From Antedon mediterranea (taxonomy: Eukaryota > Animalia > Echinodermata): 64,000 bases of DNA. Where the stretch lies: the NCBI RefSeq assembly GCF_964355755.1, contig NC_092670.1, positions 16,912,795 to 16,976,794 of the forward strand. Reading direction: 5' to 3'. The translations under genes were made by a program, and so were the position numbers. Numbering within the stretch: position 1 is the first letter of the stretch; each line of letters opens with the position of its first letter. The notes below the pieces were generated by a model, which saw nothing but the letters and a program-made list of their open reading frames with translations, was not told where the DNA came from and ran no database searches. This document shows positions 1-11,776 of this stretch, one piece after another.

Positions 1-139
1 CGTCACAATTGCGCACACCAGAATTCTATTATACGCCGCCCACCACTGTGTAGTATTGATTCAATTACTTAATAGTTAATTATATAATAGTTGCATTTTG
101 AAATGATTGATATAGAAGAAAAAGGCTAAAGAAAGTTAC

Positions 140-3100
140 CTTCGAGGAAATTCATAGAAGAGAATTACCCCAATAACCGCTGCGAAATCAGTAATACACA
201 GTTTGTACATCTCCTGTCCTAAATATGTCTCCCAACACTAGGCATAAAAAAACACCAAAATTGTACCACATGTTTTAAAAATACGGTGCTGTTGTTGTTT
301 ACACACACGAAAAATAAAGTTTTTACGCGCTATCAAAACAAACATGACGCAAAGGCGTGAACCTTGTTCTACCGCCCGTTTTTAACAATTCCATTGACAA
401 AAATGTGTCGTCGTTGTCGTATCATAGGAACTTACCTGTGTGTCCTCTTCGCAAGCATCACAGTATTGTATTACATAACTAATATTGTTTTTGTTGTTAT
501 CACAGTTTGTGATTCTAGGTATAATGGAACCAATCAAAACAGCTAGGGAGGCTAACCGCAAAAGGACGGTCCTGTAATATAAAAGAAAAATATGATATTG
601 ATGAATTTGTGTCCTTTGCGCTTTTAATCAATTGGCCTACATTTGTTCCAGCGACCAACTATATCAAATACGAATGGCAAACTTTATAATCAGCTAAAAC
701 AACACCTCTTACCTTCCTAACGTAATATTTATTTCGAAGTTTGGGCTGTATTTTTCAAATTTGACTAAAATACCAAAGACAATTGGGACAATGCTGTTAA
801 TAACAGTAACGGTGATTGACGGTAGATAACTGATCAAGAACTCTACAATTCCGCTCATACCACTATCAGATGATTTCTAAAAACAAGAACAATATCAATA
901 TTTATTTGAACTTAATCATTCCTTTCTCATTATCACCTGGATCAACAACAATAACAACCACAATCACAACAACAATAACAACATCATTATCATAATCGTC
1001 GTCATCGTCATCATCATTAACATCCTTATCTTAATCATCGTTACCACCACCACCATCATCGTCATCGTCACCACCACCACCACCACCATCATTTCCAGCG
1101 ACATCGTCATCAACTTACTTCTATAGCGTACAATGTAACGTAGACAATACCAATCAAAGCCCCTACTCCCGTAGCAACACAAACCACATTAATCACAATA
1201 CGAATTGTGTAGAGTACAGCCTTTTCTTTTGTTGACATTGATGCTTGTTGTATTTTCCGTTGCTCTTCTCCAAGATCACCCTACAAAACGAAAAAAAAAA
1301 ATAAATTGAGAGATTCTGATCACTGACGAGAGGTGGTCGTTTATGATTACGGTCCTTTAACAGAGATGGTGGCCATTCAATAGAGAAGGTCGGTAACGAG
1401 GGTTGTTTCTTACCATTTACGAGATTTCCCCTTTTTGAAAGTCGGTCGCTTACCAGAGGTGGATGGACTGATAGCTAAGTAAAGAGATGCATTTCCACAT
1501 GATTTAGACATAGGTTTGTAAAATATATAATATTTTAGCTGGCGATACTACATTAGCTGGGAGGAAATTATCGTTGCACCATTAGCTGTTAACCGTTCTA
1601 CATTAGCTGGTGTTGATTTTTATTTTCTACATAAGATGTTGGTGTTTCTACATTAGCTGGAGGTTTTACTACATTTAGCGGTGGATTTTTCTACAATAAC
1701 GGTTGTTTCGACATTAGCTGGCGTTTTCTACATTAGCGGTTGTAACCGGCCTAATTGAAGAACGTGTGAATGCGCATCTGAATAAAATACAAAATACAGC
1801 GACCAAACGTACAAACGAACCCGAATGAAAAGAGGATCACTTGTCTTACCGTTATTTCAAACAGAATACTTTTGTGTTTGAGACTGGCGTTCTTGGAATC
1901 AGTGAGCGAAAAATCCCATCCAGTAAATACAAGCTGAGAATATTTACACTGATGTCCTTCCCTGTCCAACATATTTTGTTTAAAGCCATCTCCTGCTCTA
2001 AAATGTAAATATCATAACGTGTAAAAAAGTGTGTAGGCCTATATGATAATACTCATTCATCAGGCGTTTGAACGTTTATTTAACTACTCCGTGCAAGCGA
2101 TACTTCCAACTAAAGCGTGGTTCCCACTAGCGACGCAACGCAAGGACGTAACGCAACGCAAGTGAATTGACCAACCACAAGCGATGGCTTATTCGCTTGT
2201 GATTGCTAACTGTCTATAACTTCGCTTGTCATTGGTTAAAACGCTTGCGTTGCGTTTGCGTCCTTGCGTTACGTTATAGTGGGAACCAAGCTTAACTGTC
2301 TATAACTCCGCTTGTCATTGTTTAAGCGTGGTTCCCACTAGCGACGCAACGCAAGGACGTAACGCAACGCAAGTGAATTGACCAATCACAAGCGATGGCT
2401 TATTCGCTTGTGATTGCTAACTGTCTATAACTTCGCTTGTCATTGGTTAAAACGCTTGCGATGCGTTTACGTCCTTTCGTTACGTTCTAGTGGGAACCAA
2501 GCTTTAAAACGCTTGCGATGCGTTTACGTCCTTTCGTTACGTTCTAGTGGGAACCAAGCTTTAAAACGGTTGCGTTGCGTTTACGTCCTTTCGTTACGTT
2601 CTAGTGGGAACCAAGCTTTAAAACGCTTGCGATGCGTTTACGTCCTTTCGTTACGTTCTAGTGGGAACCAAGCTTAACATGCTTAGGCCTATAGCAGCAG
2701 TGCTTAAACAATTGTTGTTTTTTTTACTGCGGTGTTTTTTACGCTTGCAACTGCGGAACGTAAAGCTGCGGTTCTTACAAGTGCAGTGCTTAGAGCTGTG
2801 TGGTGCTTGCAATGCACTGTAGCTTCTGTGCTTACACATTTGGTTCATAAAAAAACAGTGTTGACTCAGGGGCACACAACAGCAGTTCTAATTATGTCAA
2901 CCACTGATGTATAGCAGCCGAGTTATTTTACTGAACGCTTATGGGTAAAAACAAGTTACCTTCTTGCTACAACAATAACGCTTAGAAGAAAGCAAGCAAA
3001 TCCTATTAGCAAGTACGCCATAGACATGTCGTAACTTATGTCACTGTAATTGACTGAAGGTGTGTAGAAACCATAGAACAATACAGTATATTCCATAAAA

Positions 3101-6100
3101 CCCTAGAATAACCAAGAAAACAGTACAGTAGTAGGTTAAAAGAATATAGTACAAAAACAGGTAGAAGAAACGATAATTTTATTACCAAATAAAACAATCT
3201 AATAACCTAGTGATTATCTTATAATATTATCATAACGTTTATGATTGATTGATAGCCAACTAATATAGATAACAATTAATAAATATCTCACATTTCCTTC
3301 AAGAAAATCAACAACGTATTTAAATACATTGCCTGCATCAGTTTCTGTCTCATGCTGCACAAATTGTTCATACAATACACTGCAAGTATCATTCGAATCT
3401 AACAGAGAACAAATAAATCATGATTTTGGCTAAATATAGTTATATTAAAGGGTAGTTATACCAATCTATTGATATATATTTTTTTAATCATGGGGGTATA
3501 CATCCATGATTAAAGCTTGCGTAAGCACAACATAAGTAATTTGACCAATCAAGACATGATGGATCCGAACTGGGCTGCATTATACGTCCAAGAAATGAGA
3601 TCAACGCTTCATATGCGTTAAATTTCGAGCACCAGCAGTTTGTACGAAACTATTATAAAGCTCGTTTCGTACGGTATACGACGTAACGCAAAAAACGTAC
3701 GCGTAAATTACATTACGTTTACGTCTTTGCGTTATACGTCCTCATAGTGGGAAACAACATGAAACAAATTCCAAGACACTACAATGTTATTACTTACTTA
3801 ATGTTTCCGATTTATTAATAATTGCTTGAGGAATGATAACAAATGATAAAATCACGAGGAAGATAGCAATATTCAAGTACAGCATCCATTTCACGAACAC
3901 AAAAAATGACACAACCGCTGTTCCAAACTGACCTGTAGCGATACAATAGAAGCACTATCAGTTACTTGACCAATCAGTCAGTAAGTCGGTTTGTCTGTCT
4001 GTCAGTTTTAGATATTCAACCCGGTTCTCGGTACTGAATCTAAATTTCTCCGGTATCATAGGAATATTTGGTAATACAGTACATCATCACATGTGTCTCA
4101 CATCTCCTAGTATCATACACCATAACATAACCCTTAATAACCAACCTATACACGATACAGGCACCACATGTGTTACAAATAAGATTCTGTACTACCAAAT
4201 ATTCTTATGATATAATATAGTTCTGAGAATCGATAAATAATTAATACACATTCTATTCAATATATATTCCTAATATCTAAAGCTCTGTCTACATTATTAA
4301 ACTTTATGTGCCCATATATGGACATGATGATGTCATATCACCATCATATTTGAGCATATCACTACCATATCTGGGCGCATCACAGTTTATTTGTCAAACT
4401 AGTTTGATAGTGACAGAGCTTAAGATAAAAAGAAGTATCAAACATAACATTAAATTGGAATACGATCTACATACCCTCAACTTCCTTCAATGATGCTCTC
4501 CAAATTTCAAACCACAAAAAGAAGTCCTTAACTTGATCTCGGGCTCGTTGAAATTTCTAAGAAGAAAATAGAACAACACGGTTTAAATTAATAGATGCAA
4601 GTGTTAACAATATAGAGCACTTATAATGTACAATTCACTAAATTAGGAGCTATGAATTAATACTAGGCCTACACATTAGGAGATATTAGTAATCATGAAA
4701 ACATACCAATGCAGTATTTAGTCGCCATGCTTTGAAACCTGAGAGTTGCTTTTCTTTCTTCTTTTTCTTTTTCTTTTTACTTTTCTTTACTTCTTTATTT
4801 CTATCAAATAAATTATAACTTAAAATGAAAAGACATAATATAACCATAGGAAATTTATCCATGATATAACATATACTGCAAATCATCTTCCGTAATAGAA
4901 CCCTTAAGAGGACTCATTTTAGGACCAGTGAACTTGGAAGAAAGTTCTACTAATGTATATCAATATTTGTACTGTATTGTAGATCTCGGTATAGACTTGG
5001 CTCAAGTCTGTATTCATTGTCTTTTTTGTTATTTATTTGTTTTTATTTTGATTTTGACCAAACTCAAGTAATACACGTATTAAACGCCATATGTGCAAAA
5101 ATATTTATATTTTTACTAATATTAAGACAATACTCCGTCTGGAGCCCAGACTAATCTCGGTAAAGAAATATTTGAAAATAAAATTATCTAGTAATATGTA
5201 AGACCCGTAGGGCCTATAATCTCTGGCTGGTATAACTTTTACTAGAGTACACTCTGTCTTCTTTTATTTTAAAGGCTACTCAAATGAAAAGGTCGCCAAA
5301 TCATATAGATATAATAGAAAATCCCCGTATAATGAACAAACAAGTTTGACTGATAAGTAATGTAAATACAGCCATTAGGTAAACATAAAATTATAATTCT
5401 TCATCACATATTATAGTGATAATATCATTCTGGATATAAAATTTACATTATTATAAAATGAACACATAAAGTATAGGCCTACTAATAATAATTACAATAT
5501 CATGGTGACTCAAAACATATTTTGTACAGATTTTGCAATACGCAATATGGAATACACAGATGATAAATCACCAATTTTAATGGGCCTATTGTTTGTGATA
5601 TGTTAAATATTCATGAAAATGAAGGTTAAATAATTATTGTACCATTACCTTTTGCATATTTCATACTATATTCGCATAGAATGAATCAAGCACAGTAGCC
5701 GCTATAAATTATTTAATGAATTACTTAGTATAGGTAGGCCTACTCTCAACAGTACAAATAATATACGGTTTTCCCTCTTGCTATCTATTCAGATATAATC
5801 ATTTTTCTTTTTGAAAACATATTTTTAATAGTACCTTAGTACAAGCGTTACTCTTTGATTTTAACAATTTTATAAATATAACTTCTGTGAAGCCCCACTA
5901 GTGCAGTAACTAAATAATGTAAAATGTAAATGATTTCATTCCATGTAATGTAATGATATCGTTCACCTTTTTAGCTGTTTTTTTTTTGTGTGTTTACCTT
6001 ACATTTTATGTTTTTGTTCTATGTACTAATGTGAACATGTAGGGCCTACGTAATTATTGGTAGGTCAAATACTCGGTTTTAAAAAACCACGTCGGGTATA

Positions 6101-6615
6101 CCACAATATATGTACCGGACGGAGTATCTAACGAAACTTTACAATATATTACATTTGAACTCAAAATATATATTTTGTTCTCATAAAGGCATGTTATTTT
6201 ACACACTTAATTTCGTGTTAATTGCGCCTATTAATACACCTTGATCACGCCGAATTCAAGTCCGTAATTGCACCTAGGTTTCGGAAGTTTCTTTCTAATG
6301 CTTGGTTCTCAAGACTGAGACGCAACACGATTTCGTAACGCAACGCAAGTGATTTTGCCTGACGATGGATTCTTCGCACTGTCGCTAAATTGGTCAACAC
6401 GCTTGCGTTGCATTTACGTCCTTGCGTTACGTCCTGGTACGGGAACCAAGATTAAGAACGTGCGGCAAACATTTAAGAGTAACTTACTTGTTATCACTAC
6501 TAGTTTGGCTTATATACTTCTGTTTAACCCAAGCTCGTTTTACTGCTCCAACCGGTGGTAAAGATTGACTATCATCTCCATCAAAAACATCAACATCATC
6601 GTACAACTCCGCCAT
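140..6615 (-). CDS. TMC-A: transmembrane channel-like protein (TMC7-like), 5' 11 exons; the gene continues beyond the left window edge
   Basis: In-frame GT-AG exons: 6488-6615 ([10 protein letters not shown]..., least certain), 4707-4800, 4475-4556 ([14 protein letters not shown]), 3798-3932 ([20 protein letters not shown]), 3292-3398, 2960-3102 ([13 protein letters not shown]), 1850-1997 (FTGWDFSL), 1119-1280, 713-876 ([16 protein letters not shown]), 436-571 ([10 protein letters not shown]), 140-237 ([13 protein letters not shown], the TMC-domain signature). Phases are mutually consistent and match TMC-B. Confidence 0.9.
960..1112. repeat. Imperfect (CAA/CAT/CAC)n trinucleotide microsatellite in a TMC-A intron
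   Basis: Runs of aca-aca, cat-cat, cac-cac; explains the spurious M/V-rich ORF 964-1182. Confidence 0.8.
1545..1747. mobile_element. Terminal fragment of a non-autonomous DNA transposon with repeated subterminal motifs
   Basis: About 8 spaced copies of (c)tacattagctgg ending in ...cggttgtaac; partner terminus not seen. Confidence 0.45.
2114..2674. mobile_element. Cluster of family-A MITEs (PIF/Harbinger-like, about 180 bp): full copies 2114-2292 and 2325-2503, plus three extra 57-bp 3' ends
   Basis: TIR AGC(G/T)TGGTTCCCACTAG...CTAGTGGGAACCAAGCT flanked by TAA/TTA; 57-bp unit repeated at 2504-2674. Confidence 0.85.
4281..4420. mobile_element. Family-B MITE (Harbinger-like, about 160 bp)
   Basis: TIR AGCTCTGTCTACAC...; internal catatcactaccatatttggg repeats; about 10 copies in this window. 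Confidence 0.75.
4992..5153. mobile_element. Short non-autonomous DNA transposon with TAG...CTA termini and a 9-bp TSD (AcademH-like)
   Basis: Perfect flanking direct repeat ATCTCGGTA (4983-4991 and 5154-5162); homologous inverted copy at 8924-9056. Confidence 0.75.
6298..6452. mobile_element. Degenerate family-A MITE
   Basis: gcttggttctc...acgcaacgcaagtga...cgcttgcgttgcatttacgtccttgcgttacg...gggaaccaag. Confidence 0.7.
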
Positions 6616-7049
6616 TATATAATATTATAACGAACAATAGCGTGATTATACGTTAATCAGCACAAAATACACGCGTTTTATTAAAACGTTTTGGAGGATT
6701 TTAGTTACGTTTACGATCCAAATCATCAGAGTCCCGGTTCATCTCCGTCATTTTCCTGAAATAGTGACGGACTTTGAAACGGGCAGGGTTATATCAATCA
6801 TTACACGCAGTCGTGTTTGTAGAGTTATCAGTATTTTGTTTGAACAGTTGACGTGACGGCTGTAGTAAGCAAACAGTACGGCGAAGACGATCAATGATGT
6901 ACCAAATAATAATTTCCCATTGAGATAAAATAATCCATGTCGAGCCCCCTCTAGTTTTGAATATTGAACTGACTATTAACAAAGAAACTTTCTGATACGG
7001 ACTGCCTTTAGATTTACTAGGATATGCCACGCTGATTGGACGGTCAAAT

Positions 7050-7728
7050 CGTGATTCCCACAATACAAGGACTTAAGCGCAAGTAATTTGACCAATCACG
7101 ATGCTTTGGATCAACTGAACTGTTGCTTGTGATTACACTCTCACTCGTTTTTGCGCCTACGTTGTTGCGTCCTTGTGGGAACCAACCTCAAAGCAATGCG
7201 TACCATAATCTATATAGCTTCGTTCCCACTAGGACACAACGCAAGGATACGTAGATGCAATCAACCTAAAGTGTGGTTCCCACTAGAACGCAACGCAACG
7301 TAACGCAGCGACGTATCGACGCAAAGTGCTGTATTGCGTAATCACAAGTGGGAACCGACGACGCAATTGTGCTGCAAACATTGCAGGTTTGATTTCACGC
7401 AGGCGGGGGCAAACACAATTATTAGAAGGGCATTTTCTTACGTTGCGTCGGTTGCGTTACTTTACGTCGCTAGTAGGAACCACGCTTTTAAAGCAATGCA
7501 CACCATAACCTATAAAGCTTCGTTCCCACTAGGACACAACGCAAGGATACGTAGATGCAATGAACCTTAAAGCAATGCGTATTAGATAATCTATACAGTT
7601 TGGTTCCCACTAGGACGCAACGCAAGCGAGTTGGCCAATGACGAATAAGTAACACAACGAATAATTTATCGCATGTGATTGGTCAGATCCCTTACGTTGC
7701 GTTGCGTCTCTAGTGGGAACCACGCTTT
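7050..7728. mobile_element. Dense cluster of family-A-related MITEs and fragments upstream of TMC-A
   Basis: Repeated gttcccactag/gtgggaacc termini; complete-looking copies at about 7270-7486 and 7597-7726; a duplicated unit of about 79 bp at 7190 and 7490. Confidence 0.75.
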
Positions 7729-8923
7729 ACTTATTAACAACGTGTACGCGAAAAAGTATATTGAATGTGGCCTGTTAATTTGTTAAGTGACATTTTTTAA
7801 AGTGACAATTAGTCTGTCACTACACAATCGGTATTTCAAGGAAGTTATTCGCCTGGTAATTTTAGCGTTGTTCAGGAAATAAGTAAGTTGTAAGCACGCA
7901 ACCGGTCGCTTTTGTCATAAAGTGCGTCAAAACAACAGCTCTATAAACATTAACAACAGCTATTGTTTGTAATGTAAAGATTATTAAAATTTAATATGAA
8001 ATGAACGCCTAAAGCAACAATATCATAATGAATATTCGAAAGGTTAGGATAAGCTAAGGTTATATTAACATGCCAACTCGAACCTTCGTTACTGTATAAT
8101 TATTGTACCATAATATAAAATATTTATTAGATTCTATTTTTAAACGACATGTCCCTTAATAAACAAAACAATAACCATGTCGTAAGCAAATGTGTGGTAT
8201 ACTGAATCGTCTATTACCGTAACGTGAGATACAATATTTCCTTTAAAACCAAAGTAGGCCTATTTCAACTATGTTAAATATAATACGTATTTAAAGTGGT
8301 ATTCGTATTCGCTTAGATAATAAGAGTATTTTAATTGATAAATGTTGCCCTTAGCCTGTGATTGGTGAATATGGCCCACTGACCAAGTATACACGTAATG
8401 TTAAACTTGATTGTATGGGGCCGACACGTCTCACGGATAGATACTGCAAGATACATACCTTGTGTTGTTGGTCATGTCACAATATTCGTACAATGATATA
8501 TATTTTATAAAAAAGCCATCATGATATTGATCGAATCATATGAATAAAATATGAACGTCTGAGACAAACAGAGGTTACGCTTCAGTGATTATGCTCCTGT
8601 TCAAGTGCAGTGAAGACGGTACAGTATATAAATGCTATACTGAATATTACTCTATTTGATTTTATCATTTTAAATGCTATTGTTTTATAGTATATCGTAG
8701 TCTTAGTCACTGCCGCTCGGAAGCAGTCAAAGAAATGATACAAAAGTTGTTGCGACACACATAAGTAAATCATTATGACGTCATTTTGGTGGTTTATGAC
8801 GACCAACTTTATAATTACGCTTGAAAAACAATAAAATTGTCGGTGAGTGCGCGCGCGAACCGATATGTCATGAAAAATGAACAAAATGCGTTACAAATAG
8901 AGGTCTTCCCGAAAGCATATGAG

Positions 8924-9056
8924 TAGTCTGGGTTCCAGACGGAGTTTTGACTTATTAGTAAAAAGATAAATATTGTGCACATATGGCGTTTCATACGTGT
9001 ACTACTTGAGCTTCCAGACAAAAATCGACAACAAATACAGACTTGGAGCAAGTCTA
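8924..9056. mobile_element. Second AcademH-like short element (inverted relative to 4992-5153)
   Basis: TAGTCTGGG...CAAGTCTA termini; flanks GCATATGAG / GCATATAAG (9 bp, 1 mismatch). Confidence 0.75.
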
Positions 9057-9340
9057 GCATATAAGTAGCATACTTGCAAAATGGGAACAACCAATTCTCA
9101 CCAAAACAATTAGGTCTTACTAACATTTAATATCCAACACCAAAAATATGAATTTTGGATTCAGCTATTTTCTGTACAATATTCAATAAAATATTTTGAA
9201 GACAATTTTTACTTCAGTAACTGTTAACTGCAATGCATTCACTGTTAAATTCAATTTCAAAATTACAATACCATTTGTTATAAATCTTGATATTAAAAAA
9301 AACTTTCACAAAAGTTTTTTTAAAGGTAAAATTAAACATT

Positions 9341-9672
9341 TTATTTTATGTCTTTAGGCAATGTGGCCAAGGATTACCAATAGTGAATTAATCACTGTCC
9401 TATCAGATAGGTGGTAATCCCCTTGATACAGGGGCTATTTTGTGAACCAGTTCACCGGGGTAACCCCCTACTCTTTTCGAATAATGAACTGGGTTCTTTA
9501 AAGTGCACACAGGTTATAACTGTGTACACTGGACCTACGGTTTATAGTCCTTATCCGAGAAGACTTGTTCCACCACCAGAACTAGGAGCGAGTCGGCCTC
9601 GAACCCTTGCCGATGTTGTTGGCTCTTTAGGTACGGTAAACGGCGCGCCTGCCTTAACCGCTTGGCCATTTG
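9341..9672 (-). mobile_element. tRNA-derived SINE with a Deu/Nin-type central domain
   Basis: Minus strand: A box TGGCCAAGCGG, B box GGTTCGAGGCC, core TCTCGGATAAGGACTATAAACCGTAGGTCC...TTAAAGAACCC...AAGAGTAGGGGGTTACCCCGGTG resembling the DeuSINE domain (recalled consensus), then an (ATAAA)n tail. Confidence 0.8.
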
Positions 9673-9949
9673 AATACAATAAACATTAAAATACAATAAA
9701 AATATCAAGGTGTGTATGACTAGTAAAACTGATCTTCCTTAAACAAAATAAAAATATACCTATCTTTACACACAATTGTTTATAATATAATCTAAATACA
9801 ACTATTGTAAAAAATGTGTTAAATTTAAGTAAACTTAATGTGTTGTCAATTGCTTTCAGGATAACGGATGTCCAATATGAAGTCATGATGATCATTATTA
9901 TTATTATTAAAATTCAATAATTTCACCTACTTTCTGACCTTTACGACCC

Positions 9950-10200
9950 AAGTGTCTCCTTAATAGCAGTGTCCCCTAAATAGGGGGTGTCCCCTGAATA
10001 GGGGGTGTCCCATGAATAGGGGTATCCCATGAATAGGGGTATCCCATGTATAGGGGTATCTTATGAATAGGGGTATCCCATTAATAGGGGTATCCCATGA
10101 ATAGGGGTATCCCATGAATAGGGGTATCCCATGAATAGAGATATCCCATGAATAGGGTGTCCCTTTAATAGGAGTATCCCAAAGGAGATGGTCTACTGTA
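9950..10200. mobile_element. Family-C MITE (Tc1/pogo-like) right arm with an internal 17-bp tandem array
   Basis: About 12 copies of gaataggggt(a/g)tcccat, ending ...tctactgTA. Confidence 0.7.
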
Positions 10201-11776
10201 ATTATTGTTCAAAATAAAACCATTATTTTAGTATTAAATCAATGTTGTTACTATGGTTTGAATGGGTGTTTACCATAGTACATAATACAACTGAATGTAA
10301 AACTAAATATACAACTGAATGATACAACATAACAGCATGGTAATGGCTATAAATCATGTGAAAAATACAACAGAGAAAACTCAACATATTCTATAAACAT
10401 ATCATTCATGTTTATCTAAAACTACAGCAAACTATGTAAAGCATTACTACATAATGAATTATTTTAGTATGTACTAAAAGATACAATTGAAAACAATAAT
10501 TCAATGTTGGAGAATATTCATATACCGTATATCATTAGATATACATGAAGGAAATTATAAATAGAAATACTGCACATATGAAACTATCATATAGAGTTTC
10601 AATAAGAACAATGTATAAAATAAAACATACAATTATACACAAAACTGGTCAAGCTAAAAAGAATTAGTCCAAACAGAAATCACTTTTCTTTATTTAAAAA
10701 GTGTATAATTAAGTGTTGTTTGTAAATTCTCTTAAAACATTGCACAAACTGCAAAAGGTGGTTTAAAATACATTTCAAATTTATATATATACAAATATGT
10801 TCACAAATATTTTCTCAGTAAATACTATATACAAGTCAGTCCTTTTTAGATAAATTGTAAGAAAATTGGAAGACACTAGCATCAAATATAATGGAGTCAA
10901 TTTTGGCCCTAATTGCTTCCCATATATCATTCATTGAAGTGAATGACTGCAAAATGTAAGGTTAAATTGAAGTAAAGGTAGACGCTCTTTGAGTTTGGAG
11001 GTGGTGGTGGGATTGAATACAGTAGGTTTATATACGTCGCGTTTCTTTGGTTATAAACGTGTTTGCCTGTGATTAGTAACACAGCTTTTGAATTACAATC
11101 TACTGTATATCCAAGTTTCAGAGATTTGGATAATATATTTTTTAATAAACAATTATTTATATCATATTACAAGAGTAATTTGTTGTGGTTTTCTCATTCA
11201 GAAAATGTAATCCTGTAATGTAGAGCTCCTGTTATTTAGGTTTATAGCCAATGTCTTCCTGTGTATATATTATTTGTGTAAGGTGAAACTTTTAATATAC
11301 ATTTTAAAATCAAAGGTGACTCAATCCATTCAACACTGAACTCAAGACTAACTGACAAAAAAAAATTGATTGTGATATTAGTTGTACAAATGCAATCAAA
11401 CAACAGGACACAGAGCTCGCCTTGCCAAAATAAGAACTTGTAACAGTCCTTTAATCTTATGTCTGGCTGCGACAAATACCAAAGTACTGTATTATGTGGC
11501 TGCGACAATGTACTATGTATATATTCTCTGCTGAGAGCTGTTTCTGTTAAGGGGTGTGGAAAGTCGACAGTGTCTTGTTTTTATTTGCGTTTAATGCATA
11601 GTAATTATTATTTTTTTTGAAAGAGGTAAAAAAGACATAGCTTTGGTGGCTAAAGCCTGTTTATACCTGCCGCATGAAAACAAAACATTAACGTCGGATT
11701 GGAACCGGTGTGAAAGACCCTTAAATCCGCTCCTATTTTTGGAAACCGGGTGTTATTGTAAAATACTAGGAGTTTC

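Noticed and set aside
2414-2677. 87-aa ORF with four repeats of [19 protein letters not shown]
   Set aside because: Translation of the 57-bp MITE-end array; no independent coding evidence.
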